Source: Acidobacteriota bacterium (GTDB lineage: Bacteria > Acidobacteriota > Thermoanaerobaculia > Gp7-AA8). Taken from it: 64,000 nt of DNA. This document shows, piece by piece, positions 1 through 12,028 of this stretch. A model generated the notes under the pieces. The model did no database searches. It saw only the letters and a list, made by a program, of their open reading frames with translations, and was not told where the DNA came from. A program made the translations under genes and the position numbers. Where the stretch lies: positions 66,438 to 130,437 of the forward strand of contig JAFATB010000013.1 of assembly GCA_019244185.1 (NCBI GenBank), given 5' to 3'. The first letter of the stretch is position 1; the number at the start of each line of letters is the position of its first letter.

Positions 1-1
1 C

Positions 2-2015
<2,014 letters not shown>

Positions 2016-2029
2016 TCGAGGCGGGGATT

Positions 2030-2944
2030 TTAGACGGTGGTGAGCACCGCCCACAATCCGGCGGCCGAAATCACGATCCAGAGCGCGATGCCGAGGATCA
2101 GCGGACGCACGCCGACGGCGGCGAGACTCCGCCGCGAGAGCGCCGCGCCGATGAGAAACAGCGTCACCGTCAAGCCGATGCGCGCGAGGTGCACGAGCGT
2201 CTCGTAAACGGCCACCGGCAGTGCGACGTACGTGCGCACGACCGACGCGAGCACGAAGAAGAGGATGAACCACGGCCAGGCGATGCGCGCCGACTTGCGG
2301 CGGAACGCGAACGCCGTCGCCAGCGTCAGCGGCACGATCCAGAGCGCGCGCGTCAGCTTCACCGTCGTCGCAATCTGCAGTGCTTCTTTTCCGTACGCCG
2401 CGGCGGCGCCGACGACGGAGCTCGTGTCGTGAATCGCGATCGCGGCCCAGATGCCGAACTGCGTCTGCGTCAGATGCAGCGCTCGGCCGATGACGGGGAA
2501 GAGAAAGAGCGCGATCGAGTTGAGGATGAACACTGTGCCGAGCGAGACCGACATCTCTTCGTCGGATGCGCCGATGACAGGTCCCACGGCCGCGATCGCG
2601 CTGCCGCCGCAGATCGCGGTGCCGGACGAGATCAGATGCGCGGTGCCGTGGCCGATGTTCAGCGCGCGACCGAGGAGATAGCCGAGGAGCAGCGTGCCGG
2701 CGATGGTTGCGACCGTGAAGAGAATGCCGCGGCGTCCGGCGGCGATCACGCTGCTCAGATTCATGCTGAAGCCGAGGCCGACGACGGAGATCTGCAGCAG
2801 GCGCTTGGTCAGCCTCGACGTCTTGAACGGCGGCGGGCCGATGGTCAGCGCCATGGTCAGGCCGATCGCGAGCGCGATCGGCGGCGAGCACCACGGCGTG
2901 AGACAGAACAGCAGGCCGGCGGCGAAGACGATGCTGTGGATCAC
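2030..2944 (-). CDS. YeiH/UPF0324 family inner-membrane protein (putative sulfate exporter family)
   Basis: Multi-TM hydrophobic protein with Gly-rich motifs typical of UPF0324. The ORF start at 2980 (GTG) overlaps the upstream gene by 40 nt; an in-frame GTG at 2942-2944 gives a GTGA overlap with that gene's stop instead, which I think is more likely. Confidence 0.7.
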   Translation of the reverse strand: MIHSIVFAAGLLFCLTPWCSPPIALAIGLTMALTIGPPPFKTSRLTKRLLQISVVGLGFSMNLSSVIAAGRRGILFTVATIAGTLLLGYLLGRALNIGHGTAHLISSGTAICGGSAIAAVGPVIGASDEEMSVSLGTVFILNSIALFLFPVIGRALHLTQTQFGIWAAIAIHDTSSVVGAAAAYGKEALQIATTVKLTRALWIVPLTLATAFAFRRKSARIAWPWFILFFVLASVVRTYVALPVAVYETLVHLARIGLTVTLFLIGAALSRRSLAAVGVRPLILGIALWIVISAAGLWAVLTTV

Positions 2945-3618
2945 AGAGCGCGCCGGAACAGCGCGAGCGTCCGCTGCCACGCGTCGGCCGCCGCATCCGC
3001 GTTGTAGACCTCGGGACGCGCGTCATTGAAGAACGCGTGATCGGCATTCGGATACTCGATCGCCTCGGCGTCTTTGCCCATCTCGCGCAGCTTCTCCGCG
3101 AGCGCGCGGCCCTGCTCGTACGGCACGTTCTTGTCCTTCTCGCCGTGGATCAGCAGGACCGGACCGGCGAGGTTCTCCCACGGCATCTCCAGCTTGCGGA
3201 AGCCGCCGTAGAAGCTCACGGCGGCGCCGAAGACTCCCGGGCTCTTCACCGCCGCGTACTGCGCGAGCGCGCCGCCCATGCAGAAGCCGACGACGCCCAC
3301 TTTCTTCGAGGTACAGCCGGGCTGCTGCAGCAGATACGCGCCGGCGCCGGCGATCTCGGTCTCGGCGCGGTCGGCGTCGAGCTCCATCAGCAGTTTCATC
3401 GCGTCGTCGGGCGACTTGGTGGTCTTGCCGTGATACAGATCCGGCGCGATGGCGACGAAGCCGGCGGCGGCGAAGCGCTCGACGAGATCCTCGATGTGCG
3501 GCACGAGGCCCCACCACTCCTGAATGACCACGACGCCCGGGCCGCTGCCCGATTCCGGCGACGCGAAATAGCCCTGACACGTATGACCGTTGGAAGGAAA
3601 CGTTACGCGCTGTCCCAT
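2941..3618 (-). CDS. dienelactone hydrolase family protein
   Basis: 225 aa alpha/beta hydrolase with nucleophile elbow GFCMGG and the DLH-family pattern (VVVIQEWWGL, HGEKD...ADHAF). Confidence 0.85.
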   Translation of the reverse strand: MGQRVTFPSNGHTCQGYFASPESGSGPGVVVIQEWWGLVPHIEDLVERFAAAGFVAIAPDLYHGKTTKSPDDAMKLLMELDADRAETEIAGAGAYLLQQPGCTSKKVGVVGFCMGGALAQYAAVKSPGVFGAAVSFYGGFRKLEMPWENLAGPVLLIHGEKDKNVPYEQGRALAEKLREMGKDAEAIEYPNADHAFFNDARPEVYNADAAADAWQRTLALFRRAL

Positions 3619-3695
3619 GGCGGCGGATTCTAACGCCTTCGTGACGGATTGCGCGGCGTCAGGCTGTGCGAAAATCGGGAGGACGAGCGCGTCGC

Positions 3696-3950
3696 ATGCA
3701 CATGACGAAAGATGAGGTGAACGGTCTCGCGAAGCGGCGCAACTGCCCGCGTTGCGATCTCGACAAGACCGTCGGCAACGCGCTCTGCCGCCGCTGCCGC
3801 GCGAAGCTGCCGCCGCACATGCGCCTCGGCATCGAGAACATCCCCTCGAAAGACGGAGGCGTCGTCGGCAGCGCGCTCCGCGCCGCGGCGAACTACTTCA
3901 ACGTGCACTTCGCGTCCGTGCGCAAGTTCGGCGGCGGCAAGAAGCGCTAG
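3696..3950 (+). CDS. small hypothetical protein, putative zinc ribbon (CPRC...CRRC)
   Basis: 85-aa ORF from the internal ATG of ORF 3666..3950. Genome-typical GC3-rich codon usage, two CxxC pairs, basic C-terminus. No homolog recognised. Confidence 0.4.
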   Translation: MHMTKDEVNGLAKRRNCPRCDLDKTVGNALCRRCRAKLPPHMRLGIENIPSKDGGVVGSALRAAANYFNVHFASVRKFGGGKKR

Positions 3951-3966
3951 GGCGCCGCGCGCCGCG

Positions 3967-5493
3967 CTACATCCCCGCGCCCGACGAGGCGTTCGCCGCT
4001 GCCGCGAGCTCCTTCGCCCGCGCGTCGCGGCGATCCTGCAACGCGAGCTCCTCGGCGCGCCGTGCGATGTCCACGCCGCCGCCCGTCCCCTTCAGCGACT
4101 CGCCCCAGACGGCGCCGAGGGACGCGAGACGATGCCGGCGTGACGCCGCGGTCCACGGCCGCGTGAAGTCGCCCGCGTGGATCACGCGCTCGATCGTGTG
4201 CGTGCGGCCGTCGCTCACCGACGTGTAACGCAGACGGATCGTCGCCACGCGCTGCATCGCGCGCAGGCCGCTCTTCAGTTCGAGCGCGTAGAGCCCCGTG
4301 ACGGACACGTTGTGCAGCAGCGCCGACTCCGGCGCGATGTCGTCGCTCTCGCCGATGCGATGGAACGACGCGACCGCGTCGCCGTCGATGTCGACGTCGA
4401 GCGAGGCGTCCTTCGCGATCGGCGGCGTCGAGGCGCCGCCGGCGATCGGCATCGCTTCGGTGTCGACGGTGAAGCGCACGATGCCGCCGTTGCCCGACGT
4501 CTGCACCGGCGCTGGCGAGGCTTCGACTTCGAGGCGCACGCCGTGCTTCGGCGGCTTTGCCGGCGCGCCGGCGAAGTAGTTGACGAGCGCGTCGACGTTG
4601 ACGCGATTCGCCGCGGGACGGCCGCCGTTTTCGAGCGTGGTCTTGATCTGATGGAAGACGTCCGCGTCGACGGAGATGCCGAAGACCGCGCGGCGCGGGC
4701 CGAGATCGAGGTCGACCGCGTACGCTTCGCGCACGATCGACGACGAGTTCGCGGTTTTCGCCATGCGCGGCGCGGCGGTCGCCGCCGCGGTGGCAACAGG
4801 CGCCGCGGGCGGAGCGGCGGGCGCCGGCGCGTTGTCGGCCATCTGCTGCGGCGCGGACTGGACCACGATGCCTTCCGACACCGCGCCGCCGACCACGTTC
4901 CCGACGGTTCCACCGACCACGCCGCCTTCGACGCCGCCCGCGTTCTCCGCGAGCGCATCGCGCGCGGGCGCTGTTTCGTTGCGCGCCGCGACGCGCGCGT
5001 CGGCGAGTTGCTGCACCGGCGCCGCCTCGGCACGCGCGCGTTGGCGTTGCGCGGCGATTTCCGGCGCGGGAACTTCCGGCGCGGGAACTTCCGGCGCGGG
5101 AACGGCCACCGGCATCGCCGCCGGCGGCGCCTGCGCGATCTCGACGCGCACTTCGCTCGGCGTCGGCGAGGTCACGGTCACGTCGGCGGCGCGCTGCGGC
5201 GCGGCCATCGGCGCGCGCGGCGGCAGCGCGGCAGCCGTCTTCATCGAGACGAGGTTCGGGTCTCCTTCCCGCAGCAGATGCATGGTCACGAGGACCGACG
5301 ACACCAGGAGGATGATCGAGGCGGCGATGCGGAAGTTCAGCGTCATCGACCGCGACAGGCGGCGGCGTTCGTTTTCCGCGTCGAGGTACTTCGGGATATC
5401 GGCCTTGATGCGCTCCGCGAGTCCCGCCGGCGGACGCGGGACCGCCGTCAGGGACAACTTTCGCTGAAGCTCGGCTCTGCGCTTCACATTCAT
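3967..5493 (-). CDS. anti-sigma factor, single-pass membrane protein with large extracytoplasmic domain
   Basis: Its 5' end overlaps the upstream ECF sigma stop by 4 nt. One TM helix (IAASIILLVSSVLVTM) follows a short cytoplasmic N-terminus; then an Ala/Pro-rich linker with a (VPAPE)x3 repeat and a C-terminal globular domain. Confidence 0.7.
   Translation of the reverse strand: MNVKRRAELQRKLSLTAVPRPPAGLAERIKADIPKYLDAENERRRLSRSMTLNFRIAASIILLVSSVLVTMHLLREGDPNLVSMKTAAALPPRAPMAAPQRAADVTVTSPTPSEVRVEIAQAPPAAMPVAVPAPEVPAPEVPAPEIAAQRQRARAEAAPVQQLADARVAARNETAPARDALAENAGGVEGGVVGGTVGNVVGGAVSEGIVVQSAPQQMADNAPAPAAPPAAPVATAAATAAPRMAKTANSSSIVREAYAVDLDLGPRRAVFGISVDADVFHQIKTTLENGGRPAANRVNVDALVNYFAGAPAKPPKHGVRLEVEASPAPVQTSGNGGIVRFTVDTEAMPIAGGASTPPIAKDASLDVDIDGDAVASFHRIGESDDIAPESALLHNVSVTGLYALELKSGLRAMQRVATIRLRYTSVSDGRTHTIERVIHAGDFTRPWTAASRRHRLASLGAVWGESLKGTGGGVDIARRAEELALQDRRDARAKELAAAANASSGAGM
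5059..5103. repeat. 15-nt perfect tandem repeat x3 (ttccggcgcgggaac) inside the anti-sigma linker
   Basis: Directly visible as cgggaacttccggcgcgggaacttccggcgcgggaac. It encodes VPAPEVPAPEVPAPE on the minus strand. Confidence 0.7.
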
Positions 5494-6092
5494 GACAACA
5501 CTTCCTCGTCGAGCAGCGTCTCGAGGAGCGAGAACGCGCGATGCAGACGTTTCCGAATCGCAACCGTCGTGATGTTCTCGATCCTCGCGATCTCTTTCAC
5601 CGGCAGTCCTCCCCAGAAGTGCGCGGTGACGGTGAAGCGCAGATCGTCGGAGAGTTTCATGACTGCCTCGCGGAGGCGCTCGGCCTCCTCGGCGTCCGCC
5701 AGCAGTTCATCCGCCGCGGGACGCTCGTCTCGTACGTCGATGGCATCCGGCTCGTCGAGCGACGTCATGCGCCGCGGACGCCGGATGTGATTCAGAAACG
5801 TCGTGTAGGCGATACGGTAAAGCCAGGTGAAGAGTTGCGAGCGGCCGTCGAATCCCGACAGCGCCGCCCATGCTTTCTGATAGGTCTCCTGTGTCAGATC
5901 CGCCGCCAGATCGCGATCGCCGCAGAGGCGGAAGATCGATGCGAAGACGGCGGAGTAGGTTCGTTCGACGAGCTCCTCCGCGGCCGCGGTGTCGCCCGCG
6001 CGGATGTCCGCGAGGAGCTTCTGCTCCCCTCTGACGGGCGGGCTCGCATCCTGCTCCCGCTCGCGCGCCGGAAACGAAGCCACTTCGGCCAT
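5490..6092 (-). CDS. ECF (sigma-70 family group IV) RNA polymerase sigma factor
   Basis: 200 aa with region 2 (ELVERTYSAVFASIFRLCGDRDLAADLTQETYQKAW) and a region 4 HTH (LPVKEIARIENITTVAIRKRLHRA). It is coupled by a 4-nt overlap to the downstream anti-sigma. Confidence 0.85.
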   Translation of the reverse strand: MAEVASFPAREREQDASPPVRGEQKLLADIRAGDTAAAEELVERTYSAVFASIFRLCGDRDLAADLTQETYQKAWAALSGFDGRSQLFTWLYRIAYTTFLNHIRRPRRMTSLDEPDAIDVRDERPAADELLADAEEAERLREAVMKLSDDLRFTVTAHFWGGLPVKEIARIENITTVAIRKRLHRAFSLLETLLDEEVLS

Positions 6093-6148
6093 GTTCGTTC
6101 GACACCAACCGCGCTCGAAAGGAAACCTGTTGACGCTATGCTAGTCCC

Positions 6149-7048
6149 ATGAAAGCGTTCACCGCGATCGTTGTTGCTACGGTTTTCCTCGTTTCCTGCA
6201 AAAAGGAAGAGCAGCCTGCCGCCCCTGCCGCCGCCCCGCCTTCCGCCTCCGCGGCCAAAACGAGCGATCCCACGGCCGAGGTGATGGAGTGGCGCGCGAA
6301 CCGCGCAAAGCGCCTGCAGGCGGAGGATGGCTGGCTGTCGCTGGTCGGCCTCGACTGGCTCAAGGATGGCCCGAACCACTTCACGCCCGACCTCGGCACG
6401 ACGACTCTCGCGAACGGCAAGGTGACGCTGACGCCGGTCGCGGGCATGACCATCGACGACAAGCCGGTCACCGCGCCGGTCGCGCTGCGCGACGACTCCG
6501 ATGCGAACGGACCGACGATCGTGCGCATCGGCACGAAGCGCTTCAACGTCATCAAGCGCGGCGATCGCTACGCGCTGCGCGTGAAAGACAGCCAGGCGGA
6601 GACGCGCACGCACTTCAAAGGGCTCGACTACTTTCCGGTGAACGAGAAGTGGCGCGTCGTCGCGCACTTCGAGCCGTACAACCCGCCGAAGAAAATGCCG
6701 ATCGTCGACATCACCGGCCGCAACTACACGAGCGACTCGCCGGGCGCGCTCGTCTTCACCGTCGACGGCAAGGAGTACCGTCTCGATCCGATCGTCGAAG
6801 AAGGGGAGTCCGACTTCTTCATCATCTTCAAGGACGAGACGAGCCGCGACACGACGTATCAGGCCGCGCGCTATCTCTACGCGACGCCGCCGGGGAAAGA
6901 CGGCACGGTCGTCGTCGACTTCAACAAGGCGTACAACCCGCCGTGCGCGTTCACGTCGTTCGCCACGTGCCCGCTGCCGCCGCCGCAGAACCGGCTACCG
7001 GTGCGGATCGAGGCGGGGGAGAAGCGGTATGCGGGAGGACACGCGTAG
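6149..7048 (+). CDS. DUF1684 family lipoprotein
   Basis: Signal peptide with lipobox LVSC. Conserved DUF1684 motifs (LDWLKDGPNHF, C-terminal CAFTSFATCPLPP...IEAGEK). Confidence 0.7.
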   Translation: MKAFTAIVVATVFLVSCKKEEQPAAPAAAPPSASAAKTSDPTAEVMEWRANRAKRLQAEDGWLSLVGLDWLKDGPNHFTPDLGTTTLANGKVTLTPVAGMTIDDKPVTAPVALRDDSDANGPTIVRIGTKRFNVIKRGDRYALRVKDSQAETRTHFKGLDYFPVNEKWRVVAHFEPYNPPKKMPIVDITGRNYTSDSPGALVFTVDGKEYRLDPIVEEGESDFFIIFKDETSRDTTYQAARYLYATPPGKDGTVVVDFNKAYNPPCAFTSFATCPLPPPQNRLPVRIEAGEKRYAGGHA

Positions 7049-7054
7049 CGCGGG

Positions 7055-8488
<1,434 letters not shown>

Positions 8489-8609
8489 CAGAGGGTGGAT
8501 TCATGCGATGATCTCCATACATCCGTAAAATCTGATGCAAAGTGCGGTACTCTACGCGAGTCCAAGTCGTCGTCCGGAGAGAGGTCGTCGTCAAATCGCC
8601 GTCCACGGC

Positions 8610-8639
8610 AGAAAACGTGGTAACGTGAGATGGGTCTAA
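8610..8639 (+). promoter_or_regulatory. candidate ECF-type promoter (GAAAAC-N18-GTCTAA) for the sigma gene
   Basis: GTCTAA, the classic ECF -10 element, lies at about 8634-8639; an AAC-containing -35-like hexamer GAAAAC lies 18 nt upstream at 8606-8611. The region is locally AT-rich. If this promoter is real, translation should begin at the in-frame GTG at 8693, which has an AGGAAAGG Shine-Dalgarno. Confidence 0.3.
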
Positions 8640-9322
8640 AATCCGCGAATCTGCAACGTTCCGCCGAACAGGTGCGTGAAGGAAAGGCCGCCGTGCTGGA
8701 ACAGAACGCAAGCGATGGATCAACCGGCGCTTCCCCTCGGCGAAGCGAGAAGAAGCTGCAGGCCGATGCGAATCGCATCGAGAGCGAGCCGGGCGCGCAG
8801 CCGCTGCCGCCGACGCAAGCGGCCGACGACGTCGAGGCGCTCTACATCCAGCATCGCAAGCTCCTGCTCTATGTCGCGTGCCGCAAGTTCCGCATCCCGG
8901 AGAGCGACGCGGAGAGCCTGACCCAGGAAGTCTTCCTGTCCTTTCTGCAGAACGGCACGAAGATCGACAACGTCCGCGCGTGGCTCGTGGCCGCGATGTG
9001 CAATGCGAGCCGGCATTTCTGGCGCGCGTCGGGACGCACCGAGTCGCTGCCGGACGACTTCAACGATCACTCCGATCCCGATTCGGTCGGCCTCGCCGAT
9101 CAGTTCGCGATGCGCATGACCGTGCATCAGGCGCTCGAGTACCTCCAGCCGCGCTGCCGCGAGACGCTCTACCTGCACTACTTCGAAGGGCGTTCCGCGA
9201 ACGACGTCGCGCGCGAGCTCGAGACCACGAACCGCTACGCCGAAAAGCTGATCCACAACTGCCTCAAGCGCGTCCGTGAGATCTATCTCAACATCACGAA
9301 CGTGCAGAAATCGCCGAAGTGA
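8630..9322 (+). CDS. ECF RNA polymerase sigma factor (probable true start GTG 8693)
   Basis: Region 2 (EALYIQHRKLLLYVACRKFRIPESDAESLTQEVFLSF) and region 4 (LYLHYFEGRSANDVARELETTNRYAEKLIHNCLKRVR) are present. The N-terminal ~20 codons of the ORF overlap the putative promoter. Confidence 0.8.
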   Translation: MGLKSANLQRSAEQVREGKAAVLEQNASDGSTGASPRRSEKKLQADANRIESEPGAQPLPPTQAADDVEALYIQHRKLLLYVACRKFRIPESDAESLTQEVFLSFLQNGTKIDNVRAWLVAAMCNASRHFWRASGRTESLPDDFNDHSDPDSVGLADQFAMRMTVHQALEYLQPRCRETLYLHYFEGRSANDVARELETTNRYAEKLIHNCLKRVREIYLNITNVQKSPK

Positions 9323-9326
9323 TGTG

Positions 9327-10682
9327 ATGGATACGGCCATGGTCGAACGCCACTACGACGAAGAGGCCCTCATCCCGTTCCTCGACGCCGGCCGCGCCGC
9401 CGCCGACCTCCACCTGCTGGCCTGCGCCGAGTGCCGCGACAAGCTCGAGAACTTTCGCCAGCTCGCCGACACGCTGCGCGAAGAAGACGTGTGGGACACC
9501 CGCGTCCTCGCCGCCCCGCCCGTCCCCGAGACTATCCGCAGTCTGCGCGCATTCGCCGACCGTGCCGCCGCCGAAGACACCGCCGCCGAGGCGTTCGTGG
9601 CGGAGCTCCTCGCCGGCGATCGCGAAACCTGGATGCCGCGATTGCAGCAACACCCCGAATGGCGCACCGCCGGCATGGTCCGCCGCCTCCTCGCCGCATA
9701 CGAGCGAGCCCTCGACACCATGCCCTCCGACGCCGTGGCCATCACCTCCCTCGCGATCGACATCGCCGAGCAACTCCCCACCACGGCCCACCCCGGCGAC
9801 ACGGTGGCGAAGTTGCGGGGCGCGGCGTGGAGGGATCGGGCGTACGGACTGTTGTTCACGGGGCAGTTCGCGAAAGCGGAAGAGGCTCTTTTTGTCGCTG
9901 AAAGTCACTTTAGTGACTGCTTCATTGCCGACTATGACCTCGCGCGCGTCGGCATCGTGAAATCGTTGGTACTTCGTGCCTGCGAGCGCTTCGATGTCGC
10001 AACTGATGCGGCGCAGAAGAGCACGCGCACGTTCACGTTGTACGAAGACGACACGCGCGCAATGTCTGCCGGTCTAGCCGAGGCGCAATTACTGTTCAGC
10101 AGAAGCGAATTCGCCGAGGCGTTTACACGCCTTTCGAACTTGACGCGCCGGCTCGCGCAGTCGAGTGACACGCGCAACTATGCGCGCGTCCTTTCGAATC
10201 TCGGGTACTGCTGCTGGAAGCTCGGCCGGATCGAGGAAGCTTTGCAGCATCACCAAGTCGCGGCCGCTTTCATGGAGGCGGACAGCCGCAGTGAAGCCGC
10301 GAAAGAGAAGTGGAACATCGCGTCGATTCTCGCGAGCGAAGGCCGCTTCGCAGAAGCGCTCAATCGATTCGACGATCTTCTTCAAGAGTTCGAGTCCTTA
10401 GGGATGACGAACGCGTGGGCTCTCGTCAATCTCGAAATAGCGGAGATTCGTTTGTCGCTCGGCCAGTACGAAACGGTGGAAGACATCTGCCGCTCTGCCA
10501 TGCGAACGTTCGAAGCCGCGGGGTTGGCGCACACCGAGCGAGCCCTGCGGGCGCTCGCGTTCATGCGTGAGGCGGCACAAAATCGGACAGCGACGCCGGT
10601 CTTGGTTCGCCATGTCCGGGAGTACGTGCGGCGAGCTCCGAATGAGCCGCAACTTCTATTCGCTCCACTGCCGCTGGACTAA
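9327..10682 (+). CDS. cytoplasmic anti-sigma factor, zinc-finger (HxxxCxxC) N-terminus with TPR-like C-terminal repeats
   Basis: ATG at 9327 lies 4 nt after the sigma stop. The N-terminus carries the LHLLACAECRDKL putative-zinc-finger anti-sigma motif. There is no TM segment. The C-terminal half is a run of helical TPR-like repeats (NLGYCCWKLGRIEEALQHH...). Confidence 0.65.
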   Translation: MDTAMVERHYDEEALIPFLDAGRAAADLHLLACAECRDKLENFRQLADTLREEDVWDTRVLAAPPVPETIRSLRAFADRAAAEDTAAEAFVAELLAGDRETWMPRLQQHPEWRTAGMVRRLLAAYERALDTMPSDAVAITSLAIDIAEQLPTTAHPGDTVAKLRGAAWRDRAYGLLFTGQFAKAEEALFVAESHFSDCFIADYDLARVGIVKSLVLRACERFDVATDAAQKSTRTFTLYEDDTRAMSAGLAEAQLLFSRSEFAEAFTRLSNLTRRLAQSSDTRNYARVLSNLGYCCWKLGRIEEALQHHQVAAAFMEADSRSEAAKEKWNIASILASEGRFAEALNRFDDLLQEFESLGMTNAWALVNLEIAEIRLSLGQYETVEDICRSAMRTFEAAGLAHTERALRALAFMREAAQNRTATPVLVRHVREYVRRAPNEPQLLFAPLPLD

Positions 10683-10780
10683 ATCGAAAAATCCATTCGC
10701 CCGAGGTAGGGATTTGATGCGCTGCGTCACTCCCTATGGCAAGGGCGCGCCTTCCCAACCACCACCGCTAGGAGGGCGTT

Positions 10781-10978
10781 ATGAAATCGTACAAAATCCG
10801 TCTTGCCGCTGCCTGCTTTGCCGCGGTTCTGTCTCTGCCTGCGTTTGCTGCCGCTGATGTGCCGCGTGAGAATCCCGGACGCGATATCACCGCAAGGCTG
10901 ATCCGGATCATCAAGCAGATCGCCAAGCCGATCGGCATTGTCGCTCACGATGACCAGCCGCAGCTTCCCCGTCCCTGA
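10781..10978 (+). CDS. small secreted peptide precursor (65 aa; Sec signal peptide plus ~41-aa cationic amphipathic mature peptide)
   Basis: Strong Shine-Dalgarno (TAGGAGGGCG) 5 nt before the ATG. Signal peptide MKSYKIRLAAACFAAVLSLPAFA with an AFA|AAD cleavage context. The mature region ITARLIRIIKQIAKPIGIV is helical and amphipathic. Codon usage is T-ending and atypical for this genome. Confidence 0.55.
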   Translation: MKSYKIRLAAACFAAVLSLPAFAAADVPRENPGRDITARLIRIIKQIAKPIGIVAHDDQPQLPRP

Positions 10979-11020
10979 CCCGCAACCCAACCCCCGCCCG
11001 CCCGTACAATGTGCGCGGTA

Positions 11021-11052
11021 GCGCGCCGAAGCCCGGATGGGCTTCGGCGCGC
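11021..11052 (+). terminator. perfect 14-bp GC stem-loop (gcgcgccgaagccc-ggat-gggcttcggcgcgc) between the peptide gene and the ABC transporter
   Basis: The inverted repeat is directly visible. There is no U-tract after it, so it may be a partial terminator, attenuator or RNA-stability element rather than a canonical intrinsic terminator. Confidence 0.35.
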
Positions 11053-11077
11053 GCGCCGTGAGGAGCGTGCTTGGCTG

Positions 11078-12028
11078 ATGGGTGAGCGAATGGGGTCGCG
11101 GGAGATTCTCGCGGTACGGGACATCGTGAAAGTGTTTGGCGCCGTGCGGGCGGTGGATGGGATTTCGTTCACCGTGCGGCGGGGGACCATCACCGGGCTC
11201 CTCGGGCGCAACGGCGCGGGGAAGACGACGACGATCCGGATGATCACCGGCATCTTCATGCCGGACTCCGGGGAGATCCGCTGGCTCGGCGGCGAACACG
11301 GCGGCGCTTTCCAGGACCGCATCGCCTATCTGCCCGAAGAGCGCGGGCTCTACAAGCAGATGAAGATCATCGAGCATCTGCTGTTCCTCGCGGAGATCAA
11401 AGGCTGCCGCGGCAGCGATCTGCGCAAGAAAATCGACTACTGGCTCGACCGCTTCGAGCTCGGCGCGAAGCGCAATGCGAAGGTCGAGGAGCTGTCCAAA
11501 GGCAACCAGCAGAAGATCCAGCTCATCGGCACGCTGCTGCACGATCCCGATCTCATCATCCTCGACGAGCCGCAGTCGGGGCTCGATCCGGTCAACATGG
11601 TCCTCGTGCGCAACCTCCTACAGGAACTGCGGCAGGAGGGAAAGACGATTCTCCTCTCGACGCACATGATGGGAGAAGCGGAGCGCATGGCCGACGAGAT
11701 CATCCTCATCCACCGCGGCAAGGTCGTCCTCGACGGCACGCTCGAGGAAGTGCGCGCGTCGTTCGGCAAGAACACGCTGCATCTCGACTTCGAAGGCGAC
11801 GGCTCGTTCCTCGAGACGCTGCCGCAGGTGAAGCGCGCCACGGTGCTCAGCAACACCGCCGAGCTCGCGCTCGCGGAAGGCGCGGACCCGCAGCAGATCC
11901 TTGAGGCGTCGATGTCGCGCCTGCGCATCCGCCGCTTCGAAGTCGCCGCTCCGTCGCTCGAGTCGATCTTCATCGAAAAGGTCGGCACCGAGACGCTGTC
12001 GCAGCAGGAGGAGGCGGCGCAGCCATGA
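11078..12028 (+). CDS. ABC transporter ATP-binding protein (ABC-2 type exporter ATPase)
   Basis: Walker A (GRNGAGKTT), ABC signature (LSKGNQQK), Walker B (ILDEP), H-loop. ORF 11009 likely starts at the internal ATG at 11078, which is preceded by GAGGAG. Confidence 0.9.
   Translation: MGERMGSREILAVRDIVKVFGAVRAVDGISFTVRRGTITGLLGRNGAGKTTTIRMITGIFMPDSGEIRWLGGEHGGAFQDRIAYLPEERGLYKQMKIIEHLLFLAEIKGCRGSDLRKKIDYWLDRFELGAKRNAKVEELSKGNQQKIQLIGTLLHDPDLIILDEPQSGLDPVNMVLVRNLLQELRQEGKTILLSTHMMGEAERMADEIILIHRGKVVLDGTLEEVRASFGKNTLHLDFEGDGSFLETLPQVKRATVLSNTAELALAEGADPQQILEASMSRLRIRRFEVAAPSLESIFIEKVGTETLSQQEEAAQP

Noticed and set aside
3947-5563. 538-aa Arg/Gly-rich minus ORF, and the 4177..5790 plus ORF
   Set aside because: Low-complexity frames overlapping the anti-sigma and sigma genes. 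They have no domain signatures.
6093-6148. Possible sigma-70-like TTGACG hexamer between the divergent ECF sigma gene and the DUF1684 lipoprotein gene
   Set aside because: The spacing to any -10-like element is wrong (1 nt). A 56-nt divergent region is too short to assign promoters by eye.
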